Of a DNA stretch of 64,000 bases, positions 10,142 to 20,654 are shown piece by piece (position 1 is the stretch's first letter; every line of letters starts with the position of its first letter). Made by a program: the position numbers and the translations under genes. The notes below the pieces were generated by a model, which worked only from the letters and a program-made list of their open reading frames with translations, did not search any database and had not been told where the DNA came from. The DNA is from Clostridia bacterium. Lineage in GTDB: Bacteria > Bacillota > Clostridia > Christensenellales > Aristaeellaceae. The stretch covers positions 7,325 to 71,324 of the forward strand of contig JAFRQX010000036.1 of NCBI GenBank assembly GCA_017428385.1. Reading direction: 5' to 3'.

Positions 10142-11923
10142 TTACCGGTAATACTGGGCCTGAGCTTCAAACATGGCGGCATAGAGGCCGTCCGGGATAT
10201 TCACCAGATCATCATGGGTGCCGTACTCCGCCACCCGGCCTTCCGAGAACACGGCGATGTGATCGCAGAAGCGGCAGGAAGAGAGCCGGTGGGAGATATA
10301 GAAGGCGGTTTTGTCCTGGATCAGGGAGTTGAACTGCTTATAGATCTCATACTCGGCTACGGGATCCAGGGCGGCGGTGGGCTCGTCCAGGATGATGACC
10401 GGCGCGTCCTTGTACAGGGCGCGGGCCAGGGCCATCTTCTGCTGTTCGCCGCCGGAGGGTTCAATGCCGTCTTCCTCCATATACTTGAAGAGCTTGGCGT
10501 CCTCGCCGCTTTCCAGCTTATCCGCAAACTTTTCCAGACCGGCCTGTTTCAGCAGATCTGAAACACGGAGCCGGTCTTTTTCGTCCATGTTTTCCCGGTC
10601 CTTCAGGGTGACGTTTTCGCTGACGGTGAAACCGAAGAGCCTGAAGTCCTGGAAGACGGGGGAGAACTGCTGCATATACTGGTCATAATCGTATTCCCGG
10701 ATATCGGTTCCATCCAGGAGGATCTGTCCATCCGTGGGGTCATAGAGCCGGCACAGGAGCTTGATGAGGGTGGTTTTGCCGGCACCGTTCAGACCGACGA
10801 TGGACAGGCGTTCGCCCTTTTCTACGGTCAGGTTGACGCCGTCGAGCACCTTTTTCTCCGTGCCCGGATAGGCGAAGGAGACATTCCGGAACTCGATCCG
10901 GTGTTCTCCTGTCGGAACGGGCTTATCGCCCTTGGGCATAGCCTGGGGGTAGTTCATGAAGATGACGTACTCATAAGCGTAATTTGCTTTCTTCAGGAGC
11001 TCGGTGATATTGGACGCAATACCGCCCAGTGTGTTGAACAGGGATTCGGCCGCGGAAACCATCTGGGTGAAGATGCCCAGGGAGAAGACACCGCCGATTG
11101 TTTTCAGCGCGGTATAGCCGTAGGTAAAGGCGGTCTGGAAGACCGAAAGGGCTGCCTGAATCAGGGCATATTTCCGGGTGGTATCAGCCTGCCATTTCCA
11201 GCCCTGAAAGCTTTCTTCGCTGAAACCGTCCCATTTGTTCAGCAGCATGCCGGAAGCGTCGTACAGGCGGATATCCTTGCCGTAGCGGAAATCCACCATT
11301 TCCCAGCCGTAATAACCGAACATACGGTTTACTTTGGAAAGCCTTTCAAAGGCCTTCAGTTCCACCTTGCTGCTCAGCCGCATCAGGAACGCGTTCAGGC
11401 AGACGCACAGCAGGATCACTGCCAGCAGCAGCGGCGCATGCAGTGCAATGACCGTGACCAGGCCGACGATTTTGATGGCATTGCCGACGAAGGTAAAGAT
11501 CTGCTCGGAGATGCCGTAAACACCTTCGGAATACCAGCTCATGCCGGTATTGGTCTTTTCCAGCTGGTCCAGGAGCTTCTTGTCTTCAGTCAGCTGGTAA
11601 TCGAGGCCCATGGCGTGTTCGCTGATCAGCTGGGTGAAATAGTTATCCAGCCGCTCCTTGTACTTGCCCAGCTGGTTGACGGAAAGCTGGCGGATGACGG
11701 TCAGCAGGCATTCGCCGAGGATGAGGATAGCCGCATAGACGTACAGGCGGGTCAGGTCTTTTCCGCCGACCAGCTCGTCGATAATCAGGGGGGTCACGAA
11801 GATGGCGATGAAGGGCATCAGGATATCACAAAGGGTTTTCAGTGCCTCCAGGGGGAAGAACAGCGGGAACCGCTTCGCGGCCACCGGGAACATGAGGCGG
11901 ATGATTTCTTTCAGCTTTTTCAT
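10142..11923 (-). CDS. ABC exporter, fused permease/ATPase (second subunit)
   Basis: GLNGAGKTT Walker A, SGGEQQK signature, ILDEPT Walker B; N-terminal TMD. Confidence 0.95.
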   Translation of the reverse strand: MKKLKEIIRLMFPVAAKRFPLFFPLEALKTLCDILMPFIAIFVTPLIIDELVGGKDLTRLYVYAAILILGECLLTVIRQLSVNQLGKYKERLDNYFTQLISEHAMGLDYQLTEDKKLLDQLEKTNTGMSWYSEGVYGISEQIFTFVGNAIKIVGLVTVIALHAPLLLAVILLCVCLNAFLMRLSSKVELKAFERLSKVNRMFGYYGWEMVDFRYGKDIRLYDASGMLLNKWDGFSEESFQGWKWQADTTRKYALIQAALSVFQTAFTYGYTALKTIGGVFSLGIFTQMVSAAESLFNTLGGIASNITELLKKANYAYEYVIFMNYPQAMPKGDKPVPTGEHRIEFRNVSFAYPGTEKKVLDGVNLTVEKGERLSIVGLNGAGKTTLIKLLCRLYDPTDGQILLDGTDIREYDYDQYMQQFSPVFQDFRLFGFTVSENVTLKDRENMDEKDRLRVSDLLKQAGLEKFADKLESGEDAKLFKYMEEDGIEPSGGEQQKMALARALYKDAPVIILDEPTAALDPVAEYEIYKQFNSLIQDKTAFYISHRLSSCRFCDHIAVFSEGRVAEYGTHDDLVNIPDGLYAAMFEAQAQYYR

Positions 11924-13791
11924 TCGGCATCCTCCTCTCCTTCGGGATGCTCCCGGTAATACTGGGCCTGCACATCAAAGAGATGGGCATATTCGCCGCC
12001 TTTGGCCACCAGCTCGTCGTGGGTGCCGTATTCCGCCATCCGGCCGTCCATAAACATGGCGATGCGGTCGCAGAAGCGGGTGGAAGCCAGGCGGTGGGAA
12101 ATATAGACAGCGCTCTTCTTTCCGATCATCCGGTCAAAACGTTCATAAAGCTGCTTTTCCGCCAGGGCGTCCAGGGCGGCGGTGGGCTCATCCAGCACCA
12201 CCACCGGCGCGCCTTTATACAGCGCCCGGGCCAGGGCGAGCTTCTGCTTTTCGCCGCCGGACAGGTCAATGCCCTCTTCGGAGGCAATCTTCAGCAGCTC
12301 CGTATCCAGACCATTGGGCAGCTCGTCCAGCCTGTCGCCGAGACCGGCTTCCCGCAGGCAGGCTGCGGCCTTTTCCCGGTCCGTTTCCTGCATGGGCAGC
12401 ATGGATACGTTTTCCGCCAGGGGCAGGGCAAAGAGTTCAACATTCTGGAAGACCGGGGAGAACAGCTGGTAGTAATCCTCCCGGCGGTATTTCCGGATAT
12501 CCGTCCCGTTCAGGGTAATATATCCTTCCGTGGGATCATACAGCCGGAGCAGGAGCTTGATCATGGTGGTTTTGCCGGCACCGTTCAGGCCGACCACCGC
12601 CAGCTTTTCCCCGGGATGCAGGGTCAGGTTGAGGTGGGAAAGGGCATCCTTGTCCGCCTCCGGATACCGGTAGGAAACGTCGTGGAACTGCAGCTCCAGG
12701 GAATCCGTCTCCGGCAGGGGAAGCAGGTTTTCACCTTCTTCACCGTTCAGCTCCAGGAAAGAGCGGAGGTCATCCACTTCCATGGAGGCGCGGTTGAAAT
12801 CGCCAAACCGCTGCAGCAGGTAAATCAGCGCACCGGAGAAGGCGTTGGCCAGGGCCAGGTACAGGGTGAAGCTGCCGATGGACATGGGGTTGATTTCACG
12901 GATGATTGCAAAGTAGAGAACGGTGTAGGTGAGAAACCGGCAGATGACGTTCATCAACTGGCCGAAGAGCATGTTCCGGTTCCAGAGGTCCTGGTGATAA
13001 TCTATCCGCTCCTCCCGGGTCTCAAAAACAGCCCGCTGTTTTTTGAGCAGGAAGGGGATCATGGAGAACAGGCGGATGTCCTTGGCATATTCCGGCTGCT
13101 GGGTGACGCGGGCCATGTAGCTGCTTTTGCGCCAGACGGGGGCCAGACGGTCCCAGACTTCCTTTTTATCCTTTTTCAGGATGACCCGGTAGTACAGGAA
13201 GGAGAGAACGCCCATCACCGTGAGGGCCAGGATCAGCCGGTAATCCAGCACGAGGACGGCGATGAAGGTGACAATGGTGGTGAACAGGTTTTTGCCCAGG
13301 TCCTGCATGAGGTGCATCATGCCTTCGAAACCGTTGCTGTTGCCGTCGGTAGAGTTCTGGGCGCGCTGGTGAAGATCCAGGGCTTCCGGCTTTTCCAGCA
13401 TCGCGTAATTCATGCGCATGGCTTTCGCCGCCCGCTCATGGATGACGTGCATGCGGACGTCGATATACCGGGGCCAGACCAGGCTGCCGGCGATGGTTCT
13501 GCCGAAGGAGAAGGCAAGGGCTATGAGCGCCGCGATGATGATGATCACGATCAGCCGGTGCTGCTTTTCCGCCATGGGCAGGTCGATTGTAATTGCGTCC
13601 ACGATGAACTTGGACAGAAAACCGCCGAGGTAACTCTGGACAGAAGCGCAGAACAGATCCGTGAAGGCCAGCAGGAACACAATGGGGCAGTACTTCCGGA
13701 TCCGGTTCAGTACAAAACGGGTATTGGACCAGAGACCGAAGTCCCGGTGCAGGGGATTGTCTTTGCTTTCTTTATAGGTCATTGGTATCAC
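11920..13791 (-). CDS. ABC exporter, fused permease/ATPase (first subunit)
   Basis: GLNGAGKTT, LSGGEKQK, VLDEPT. 4-nt overlap with the next gene suggests a heterodimer. Confidence 0.95.
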   Translation of the reverse strand: MIPMTYKESKDNPLHRDFGLWSNTRFVLNRIRKYCPIVFLLAFTDLFCASVQSYLGGFLSKFIVDAITIDLPMAEKQHRLIVIIIIAALIALAFSFGRTIAGSLVWPRYIDVRMHVIHERAAKAMRMNYAMLEKPEALDLHQRAQNSTDGNSNGFEGMMHLMQDLGKNLFTTIVTFIAVLVLDYRLILALTVMGVLSFLYYRVILKKDKKEVWDRLAPVWRKSSYMARVTQQPEYAKDIRLFSMIPFLLKKQRAVFETREERIDYHQDLWNRNMLFGQLMNVICRFLTYTVLYFAIIREINPMSIGSFTLYLALANAFSGALIYLLQRFGDFNRASMEVDDLRSFLELNGEEGENLLPLPETDSLELQFHDVSYRYPEADKDALSHLNLTLHPGEKLAVVGLNGAGKTTMIKLLLRLYDPTEGYITLNGTDIRKYRREDYYQLFSPVFQNVELFALPLAENVSMLPMQETDREKAAACLREAGLGDRLDELPNGLDTELLKIASEEGIDLSGGEKQKLALARALYKGAPVVVLDEPTAALDALAEKQLYERFDRMIGKKSAVYISHRLASTRFCDRIAMFMDGRMAEYGTHDELVAKGGEYAHLFDVQAQYYREHPEGEEDAE

Positions 13792-13813
13792 TCCCAGGAT
13801 GCTTTCTTACATG

Positions 13814-13843
13814 AAAAAACGCCCATTCCACAGGGAACGGGCG
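13814..13843 (-). terminator. Leader (attenuator) terminator upstream of ABC exporters
   Basis: Minus strand CGCCCGTTCC-CTGT-GGAATGGGCG-TTTTTT, about 25 nt before the ABC start. Confidence 0.85.
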
Positions 13844-13868
13844 GACAGTGTCAATCAAATCCGGATAA

Positions 13869-13943
13869 TCAGACAAGGCCAGATCCGGAAAAGGACGCCC
13901 GTAATTCCTGCGCGGTTCTAAAAGTTCTGAATATGCGATTCAT
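13869..13943 (-). CDS. Leader peptide MNRIFRTFRTAQELRASFSGSGLV (24 aa)
   Basis: AGGAGG RBS 7 nt before ATG; ends 25 nt before the terminator; contains the antiterminator complement. Confidence 0.75.
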   Translation of the reverse strand: MNRIFRTFRTAQELRASFSGSGLV

Positions 13944-14137
13944 TTCCGGACCTCCTTTCTTCAATTCATTCGACTTATTCAAACATAAAAAGCAGGCTGT
14001 GTCAACGGGTTGTCAGTACATTTTACAACTCTTTTACCTATACTGACAGTATGGGTTTTCAACGAAAAACCCGGCCTGCGCGAACAGACCGGGAAAAGGA
14101 GGCTGCACAGCGGACCTGTGCAGTGAACCACAAAGGA

Positions 14138-15730
14138 TTACCGCGTGAACCGGGAGATGAACTTCCAGGCGTTCTCGCAGCTGTGATGGCGGCATTCATG
14201 GATCTGGCCGCTGACGCTGGCAAAGGCGGTGCGGATGACGCCGTCCTCACTCTCGTAATAGTGGACGGTCAGGGTGCTGCCCCGGGAAGGATCATAGATC
14301 TTTTCCACCTTGTCGCCGGGGATGCCCCAGATGGGCTGCTCCCAGGAATCCTTCTGCTCAAAGGAGATGCCGTCGAACTTCTTTTTCAGCTGATTGACTT
14401 CCGCCACATACTGTACCCGCTCCAGGGCCGTGTCGGAGTGGAAAGGCAGCTCAGGCAGGTGGGATTCCTCGCCGCCGGAATAGAAGACGGGCACGGCCAC
14501 GGTCTTGTTCAGCCGCTCGGTGGGCGGGCCGCCCCAGAAGGTCTTGTAGACGGGGAAGAGGGCACTGGCGGGCATGATGCCGGCGAAGACGTCCGGATAC
14601 TCCTGGTAGCAGTCCCAGGTCTTGCCGCTGCCCATGGAGAAGCCGGTGGCGTAGATGCGGTGCTCATCGATGGGGTAGCGCTTCTTCAGGTCCTCAATGA
14701 CTTCCACCGCTTCGGTGGCGGTAACGTTCTGGTGGTTTTCCACGGAAACGAAGAGGAAGTTGTAGCGGTGGCAGATTTCCCACCAGCCGGCGACAAAGGT
14801 CAGGTACATGGAGGAGTCGCCGCCGCCGTGGAAGCCGAGCACCAGCGGGACGGGGCCGTTGTCGAACAGGCCGTTGTTGTAATAGGCGAAGTAGCCGACC
14901 TTATGGGTCTTGGCGTCCTTGATGATCCGGTTGTCGGAAGAGGTGTTGACGGTGACGCAGCCGGCGTCTTCCGTCATGTTCAGGGCCTTGAAGTCGGGCT
15001 CCAGCTCCACGTTGCCGCACCACATCTTGAAGTGCTTGACGAAGGCGTCAAAGTCCGCTTCATAATCGGCCTTGGCCTTGACGAGCAGATGCTCACAGCC
15101 GTCGAAGGCCTTGTTGATCTCTTCGCTGTTGCCGACGCTGAGGATCGGAATATCCTTGCGCTGTACGTCCGGCATTAGGCTCAGGCGCTCCATGGAGCAC
15201 ATGGCGGGGGTGATCTCGCCGGGACCCCAGAGATATTCACCCTGCAGGGAACGGAGGAGGTGCTTTGCCACATAGTCGGCGGAGGCACCGTAGCTGTAGA
15301 TGTCCGCGCGGAAGATAGCGCCGCGGACGAAATAGCCCTTGAAGGTCTGGGTGAAGAAGTCGAAGTTCTCCACGATACCGTCTTTATAAACCTGGATCAT
15401 TTTGATCTCGGCGATTACGGCAGCATAGAAGCTTTCATCCGCGCCGGCCCAGCCGCCTTCCGCGGTGGGATAGACAAAGAGCACGCTGGAATCAACGTTC
15501 GCGGCGATGTTCGCCAGGCCGGTTTCCCGGGCGAAGTCCACGGCGCTGTCCATGCTCTGCTTTTCTTCTTCGAAAACCAGCAGCAGCGGCGCGCGGAAGC
15601 CGTAGTTATTCGTCTGTCCGTCTATTTTATTATCCGGAACATATACCTTCAGAAAGAATTGATCAAAGGTATGCTCCCAGCATTTTCCTCCGGTGATGTC
15701 CCGGACCTGAGGTCTTTCCATCATGGCCAT
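14138..15730 (-). CDS. Cytoplasmic esterase (PHB-depolymerase/LpqC-like C-terminal domain; divergent N-terminal domain)
   Basis: PLVLGFHGGG, IYATGFSMG nucleophile motif, C-terminal His (GQIHE). Confidence 0.75.
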   Translation of the reverse strand: MAMMERPQVRDITGGKCWEHTFDQFFLKVYVPDNKIDGQTNNYGFRAPLLLVFEEEKQSMDSAVDFARETGLANIAANVDSSVLFVYPTAEGGWAGADESFYAAVIAEIKMIQVYKDGIVENFDFFTQTFKGYFVRGAIFRADIYSYGASADYVAKHLLRSLQGEYLWGPGEITPAMCSMERLSLMPDVQRKDIPILSVGNSEEINKAFDGCEHLLVKAKADYEADFDAFVKHFKMWCGNVELEPDFKALNMTEDAGCVTVNTSSDNRIIKDAKTHKVGYFAYYNNGLFDNGPVPLVLGFHGGGDSSMYLTFVAGWWEICHRYNFLFVSVENHQNVTATEAVEVIEDLKKRYPIDEHRIYATGFSMGSGKTWDCYQEYPDVFAGIMPASALFPVYKTFWGGPPTERLNKTVAVPVFYSGGEESHLPELPFHSDTALERVQYVAEVNQLKKKFDGISFEQKDSWEQPIWGIPGDKVEKIYDPSRGSTLTVHYYESEDGVIRTAFASVSGQIHECRHHSCENAWKFISRFTR

Positions 15731-15907
15731 GAGTATGTCCTCCTGAGATATGTTGTTTTCAATGTCTGGATTGAAACGATGAACAATCGGTCAGGTTATA
15801 TTGTATAAGGATGGGGAATAAAGGCGCAATACGCGGAAGGAAGAAGAAGAGGACAAAAAAAGCAAAAAAATGATACCGAGGGGAAGGCTCCCCCCTCGGT
15901 ATTAATG

Positions 15908-16100
15908 AATACTGAAAACTTAAAACTTAAGACTTAAAAATGGAGGATAAAACTGCTTCAGAAAGAAGCAGTTTTCAGTGTTTTAAGGCGGTGGGGAAGT
16001 TAAGAGCGTGGAAAAAGCGGCAAGAACAGTGACAGACAGTCAGTCCCCCTTGTCACATTCTTGCCGCAGTGTTGAGTGAAGAGTGTAGAGTGTAGAGTTG
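15908..16100. repeat. Mosaic intergenic repeat
   Basis: AAAACTT heptamers, aaaactgcttc..gaagcagtttt hairpin (also at 16601, 35293), GAGTG(A/T)A heptamers. Confidence 0.8.
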
Positions 16101-16205
16101 CCCTTTGGGCAGTGCAGTGTTGCATATAAGAGTCAATTTGGAATATGATATAAATACAGATAGATGAAGTGAACATATTCTGCTGTATCGAACGGAGGGT
16201 GAGAT

Positions 16206-16514
16206 ATGGGCTGGATTTCGTGGTTGATTATCGTACTGGCTGTGGGGATCCTGGCTTGTTTCGGCGTGGGGATATTCCGGAAAAAGCAGGGTTCTGATGT
16301 GCGTGATAACGGAGAACTGACAACGGGTGTCTCCTTTGATCCGGAGAAACAGGAGCCGGTGATCCGCAGTTCGATATGCACCGGAGAAAAAGTGGCGGGG
16401 TTCAAGAGTAAGGAAGACGGCCACTTTACAGAGGTGATGGTGCTCCGGACGCCGAAGGATGAGGAAAGGTTTAAGGAGATGTATCATCTGGATTCAGTGA
16501 AAACTGAATACTGA
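16206..16514 (+). CDS. Small membrane-anchored hypothetical protein
   Basis: GGAGG RBS; N-terminal TM; conserved-looking PVIRSSICTGEKVAGF segment. Confidence 0.75.
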   Translation: MGWISWLIIVLAVGILACFGVGIFRKKQGSDVRDNGELTTGVSFDPEKQEPVIRSSICTGEKVAGFKSKEDGHFTEVMVLRTPKDEERFKEMYHLDSVKTEY

Positions 16515-16539
16515 AGATGAAAAATAATGAATACTTAAG

Positions 16540-16880
16540 ACTAGATCCTTCGACTGCGCTCCCTTCGTACCGCTTGCTCAGGATGACATCTCATAAGGAA
16601 AAAACTGCTTCAGAAAGAAGCAGTTTTTTAGTATTTAAATGATTTTTTTGCTTCGCAAAAAAGAGAGGAACGAGATTTCTCCACGCGGCAGCAAGCAGGC
16701 TTGCGCAGAAGGACAGAGTGGGCACTGTGGAGAAGTGAATGGATGTGACAAAGGGACAGACCAACTATCATCATTCCAGAAGAACGTGACAGTTGGTCTG
16801 TCCCTTTGTCACATTGCGGTGTAGTGATGAGTGTAGAGTGATGAGTGAAGAGTGAAGAGTGAAGAGTGAAAAGTGTCCTC
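16540..16880. repeat. Mosaic intergenic repeat
   Basis: Contains the GATCCTTCGAC..GCTCAGGATGAC module, aaaactgcttc hairpin, GGGACAG long hairpin and GAGTGAA heptamer run. Confidence 0.85.
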
Positions 16881-16893
16881 GTTTCTTCCGCTG

Positions 16894-17844
16894 TTAGACA
16901 GCGGTTGAAATGAGGAAACGACCAAAGCCCTCAACGGAGACGTCCGGCAGGGCGGCAGGGAGAACAGCGGTTTGCCAGGGGAGAAGGGTTTCCCGGTGAT
17001 TCTCCCAGCAGAGGGTGCAGCCTTTGGCTGTGGCGGTCAGGAACTGCATTTTGCCCGTAGGCAGGGTCATCCTCCCGTCCAGGTCATAGGCATACAGCTG
17101 GAAATGAGGATCGCTGACCAGCAGCGTACGCCGACCGCCGGGCAGATCTTCGGTTTCGCTTGCCTGGCAGGGCGGCGTACCGGAGTTGGAAACGGAGATG
17201 GCCTGATCAATGTGCAGGGGCCTCGGCTTGCCATCCTTTCCGATCCGGCCCCAGTCCCAGAGACGGTAGGTGAGATCACTGGCCTGCTGGATTTCATAGC
17301 AACGGATGCCGGAACCCAGGGCATGGACGGTTCCGGCGGGAATATAGAACACGTCTCCTGCATGGACTTCCGTCCGGCAGAGGCTGCTTTCCAGCCTGCC
17401 CTCATCCAGGACAGAACGCAGGGACTGGCCATGGGTATCAATGCCGTAAACCAGCTGCGCTCCGGGAGCGGCGTCCAGGATATACCAGGCTTCGCTTTTG
17501 CCGGGCTTGCCTTCATGGGAGAGGGCATAGCTGTCATCCGGATGAACCTGGACGGACAGGGGCTGGCGGGTATCCAGCAGCTTCAGCAGGAGCGGGAAAC
17601 CGTTTTCTTCTCGGCCAGTTAAACACTTGCCCCAGAGCGGGAAGAGATCCCGCAGGGTTTTGCCGGCATATTCCCCGTTGGCAACCCGGCTTTCATGACC
17701 GGGCAGGGCGGAAACTTCCAGGCTTTCGCCGGTGATTTCATCCGGCGAGTTTTTGCCGAAAAGCTCCTTCAGCGCGTGACCGCCCCAGGGGGTCTCCGAT
17801 CCATGCCGGAAAGAGGGTACCATAACAAGCGGATAGACGTTCAT
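16894..17844 (-). CDS. manA: Class I mannose-6-phosphate isomerase
   Basis: PWGG, GESLE, FPLLLKLLD, LSVQVHP, GKSEAWYIL, GTVHA, EIQQ Zn-binding motifs. Confidence 0.92.
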   Translation of the reverse strand: MNVYPLVMVPSFRHGSETPWGGHALKELFGKNSPDEITGESLEVSALPGHESRVANGEYAGKTLRDLFPLWGKCLTGREENGFPLLLKLLDTRQPLSVQVHPDDSYALSHEGKPGKSEAWYILDAAPGAQLVYGIDTHGQSLRSVLDEGRLESSLCRTEVHAGDVFYIPAGTVHALGSGIRCYEIQQASDLTYRLWDWGRIGKDGKPRPLHIDQAISVSNSGTPPCQASETEDLPGGRRTLLVSDPHFQLYAYDLDGRMTLPTGKMQFLTATAKGCTLCWENHRETLLPWQTAVLPAALPDVSVEGFGRFLISTAV

Positions 17845-17948
17845 TTTCCTGTTCTCCTGTGTTCATTTGGGCAAAAGCAAGGCTCAGGCAGGCTGGTTCA
17901 GCCTGACAGCGGCTTTTTGCTTATGCGGTTGTCGTGTGTTAAAAACCT

Positions 17949-19451
17949 TTAGAAATCAAAGGGTTCAAGCGGCAGATTGTTCTCCCCGAAGAAGGGAACC
18001 TGCGCCGCGTAGTCTGTCCAGGCATACCGGGCATGCACCGGCTGTTTGACGCTGTCCGCACGGAGCAGCAGCCGGTCTCCTTGGAGTTCCGCCCGGGCGG
18101 GGACATAACAGCCGTCGGCACCCGCAATCTCCAGCAGGGCGGCAGTTTCACCGCGGAGTTGAACGGGCGCGGAAAGACGGATGGAAAGCGTATCTCCCTG
18201 CGGCGTCAGATCCAGTGCCCGGGGAGAAACTTCTCCGGCACCGTACAGCATGATACCGGCCAGATCCGCCAGGCGCTCGCCCACGGGGCGCTTCGCGGTG
18301 GGGTGGATATTGCCGTATTCCCCCTGGTCCAGCAGGCAGATCATCCCGGTGCCTGGTACGGCGTCCCGTACCGCGGCCTGGGCTTTGCGGAGCAGGGGCC
18401 AGCGGAAAGTTTCTATCCCGTTCTGGTCCACCCACATGGGAAGCTGCACAAACAGGAAGGGCAGAGCCTCATCCCGGAACAGTTTTCGCCAGGTGCGGAT
18501 CAGCAGGGTCAGCAGGGTATCATAGTGATCGGTTTTGCCGGTGTCCTCTTCACCCTGGTAGAACAGGATGCCGGTCAGCGTTACGGGCACAATCTCCCGC
18601 ACCATGGTGACGGCCAGCCCGGCAGGCCGGTAAGGAGAACCGGGCCCAGCCGGAGGATTCCAGGGAACAAACCCGCAGGCGGCTTCGATGTCCGCCCAGG
18701 GGGCTCCCGGATGGGACTGCTTGTACTCATCCACCTTGCTGCACCAGGCACCGAAGGTTTCCTGGAAGAGGTTCTCTTCCTCCTGCCAGGTTTCCATGCT
18801 TTTGCCGGCGGTGAGGGCTTCATATTCCTCCAAGTAGCGGACACCTTCCGGTTCGGTGCGAAGGACGTCTTCCTCCATCCAGCAGGTGACGGAGGTGCCG
18901 CCCCAGTAGCAGCCGATGATACCGACCGGGATCTCCGGCATGCGTTCCCGGAGCTTCGCGGCGAAGAAATAAGCCACCGCGCTGTTAACCCCGCCGGTTC
19001 CGGGAGAAACAGCCTGCCAGCGGGTTTCCGCCACAGCCTTTTGCTGGGCTGGGCCTTGCACGGACTGCTTCGGGACGTTGAAGAAACGCAGGAGCGGATC
19101 GTCATACTGCCGGATGATCTCCGGACCCTCGTCCGCGTTGCGCAGCTCCAGCTCCATATTGCTCTGGCCGCCGGCAAGGAAGACCTCGCCGATGGCCACG
19201 TCGTCCGCTTCGGCCTGCTCATCACCCGCCTGGATGACCAGGCGGCAGCCCGCCTGCGCTTCCTGCGGGGGCAGGGAAACCAGGAAACGGGTGCCTTCCG
19301 CCCGGGCGGAGCCTTCCCACAGGAGGGAACCCTCCCGGCTGAAAAGCCGGACGGTTACGGTCAGCCCTTCGGAGACATCCCCGAAGACCCGGATCTCTTT
19401 CCGTCTGCACAGCACTGCGCCGTCGGTGAACAGAGACGCCGGTTTCAGCAT
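17949..19451 (-). CDS. Sialate O-acetylesterase (SASA/SGNH) family carbohydrate esterase
   Basis: GEVFLAGGQSNME, LFYQGE, DxxxxxIHP motifs. Confidence 0.9.
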   Translation of the reverse strand: MLKPASLFTDGAVLCRRKEIRVFGDVSEGLTVTVRLFSREGSLLWEGSARAEGTRFLVSLPPQEAQAGCRLVIQAGDEQAEADDVAIGEVFLAGGQSNMELELRNADEGPEIIRQYDDPLLRFFNVPKQSVQGPAQQKAVAETRWQAVSPGTGGVNSAVAYFFAAKLRERMPEIPVGIIGCYWGGTSVTCWMEEDVLRTEPEGVRYLEEYEALTAGKSMETWQEEENLFQETFGAWCSKVDEYKQSHPGAPWADIEAACGFVPWNPPAGPGSPYRPAGLAVTMVREIVPVTLTGILFYQGEEDTGKTDHYDTLLTLLIRTWRKLFRDEALPFLFVQLPMWVDQNGIETFRWPLLRKAQAAVRDAVPGTGMICLLDQGEYGNIHPTAKRPVGERLADLAGIMLYGAGEVSPRALDLTPQGDTLSIRLSAPVQLRGETAALLEIAGADGCYVPARAELQGDRLLLRADSVKQPVHARYAWTDYAAQVPFFGENNLPLEPFDF

Positions 19452-19457
19452 GGGCCA

Positions 19458-20636
19458 TTACCTTCTTTCCTTCAGGTATTCCAGATTCCGGCGGATCAGG
19501 TCGGCCCGCTGGCGGACACAGTCCGCGCTGCGGAGCGGATCCTCCGGGGTATTGAACACATAGTCCTTGAGCCTCTCCAGATCCGTTTCCGCCACGTGCA
19601 TGCGGGTATCGGAAGAGGCATAGTAGATATAGACCCGGCCGTCATCATCCGCGATGGCGCCGTTGGTGAAGACAACGTTGCTCACATCGCCGGTGCGCTC
19701 CCGGCCGAGGGGACCGAGGAGCATGCCGGAGGGCTCCGCAATGATGCGGGAAGGATCATGGAGATCCGTTGCAAAGGCGTACAGCACATACCGTAGTCCG
19801 GCAGCGGTGTTCCGCACGCCGTGGGCGATGTGGATCCAGCCGCGGTCCGTCTTGATGGGCACGGCACCGGCACCGTTCTTGGACTCGGTCAGGGTGTGGT
19901 ACTTCCGGCGGGAAATGATCTTCTCCTCGCCGACGACCGGATGGGTGATATCCCCGCAAAGACCGAAACCGATGCCCCCGCCGGAGCCGGTCTCGATGAA
20001 GTCGTCCATGGGACGGGTATAGAAGGCATACTTGCCATCCACGAACTCCGGATGGAGTACCACGTTCCGCTGCTGGGGAGAATTCAGGGTAATCAGGTTC
20101 GGCAGGCGCTCCCAGGTTTCCAGGTCCTTTGTCCGGACGATGCCCGCCGCGGCAACGGCGGCGGAAAGATCGGCACTGCGGGTATCCTTGCTCTCGGAGC
20201 AGAAGACGCCGTAGATCCAGCCGTCCTCATGGGCAGTCAGGCGCATGTCATAGACGTTGGTTTCCTGCTTTTCCGTATCCGGCAGGATGACCGGATAATC
20301 CCGGAAACGGAAGCCTTCGGTAGGCTTGTCGCTTTCCGCCACGGCGAAGAAGCTTTTCCGGTCCATGCCTTCCACGCGAACCACCAGGCAATACTTTCCG
20401 TTCAGCTTGATGGCGCCGCTGTTCAGGGTGGCATTGACGCCCAGGCGCTGCATCATAAAGGGATTGGTGTCCGGATTCGCGTCATACATCCAGAAGGGAG
20501 GAATATGATCCCGGGTGAGGACAGGGTTGGCGTAGCGGGAAAAAAGGCCGTTGTAGAAGCGGGAATCAACGGGGTTGGGGAGGGAGATGAGTTGCTCATA
20601 GGATTCCATGAGGGAGGCAAAAGTGCGAGTGTTCAT
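19458..20636 (-). CDS. mgp: 4-O-beta-D-mannosyl-D-glucose phosphorylase (GH130_1)
   Basis: [63 protein letters not shown]. Confidence 0.93.
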   Translation of the reverse strand: MNTRTFASLMESYEQLISLPNPVDSRFYNGLFSRYANPVLTRDHIPPFWMYDANPDTNPFMMQRLGVNATLNSGAIKLNGKYCLVVRVEGMDRKSFFAVAESDKPTEGFRFRDYPVILPDTEKQETNVYDMRLTAHEDGWIYGVFCSESKDTRSADLSAAVAAAGIVRTKDLETWERLPNLITLNSPQQRNVVLHPEFVDGKYAFYTRPMDDFIETGSGGGIGFGLCGDITHPVVGEEKIISRRKYHTLTESKNGAGAVPIKTDRGWIHIAHGVRNTAAGLRYVLYAFATDLHDPSRIIAEPSGMLLGPLGRERTGDVSNVVFTNGAIADDDGRVYIYYASSDTRMHVAETDLERLKDYVFNTPEDPLRSADCVRQRADLIRRNLEYLKERR

Positions 20637-20654
20637 AAAAACATCCTTACGTTT

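Noticed and set aside
11947-14046. 699-aa plus-strand ORF, and similar long ORFs at 18033-19796, 26557-27834, 28844-31015, 31583-33106, 35910-37478, 42751-44307
   Set aside because: Antisense shadows of well-supported genes in GC-rich coding DNA; no RBS or motifs.
16206-16514. Aspartate dehydrogenase label sometimes attached to similar small proteins
   Set aside because: Only 102 aa, no Rossmann motif, has an N-terminal TM helix.
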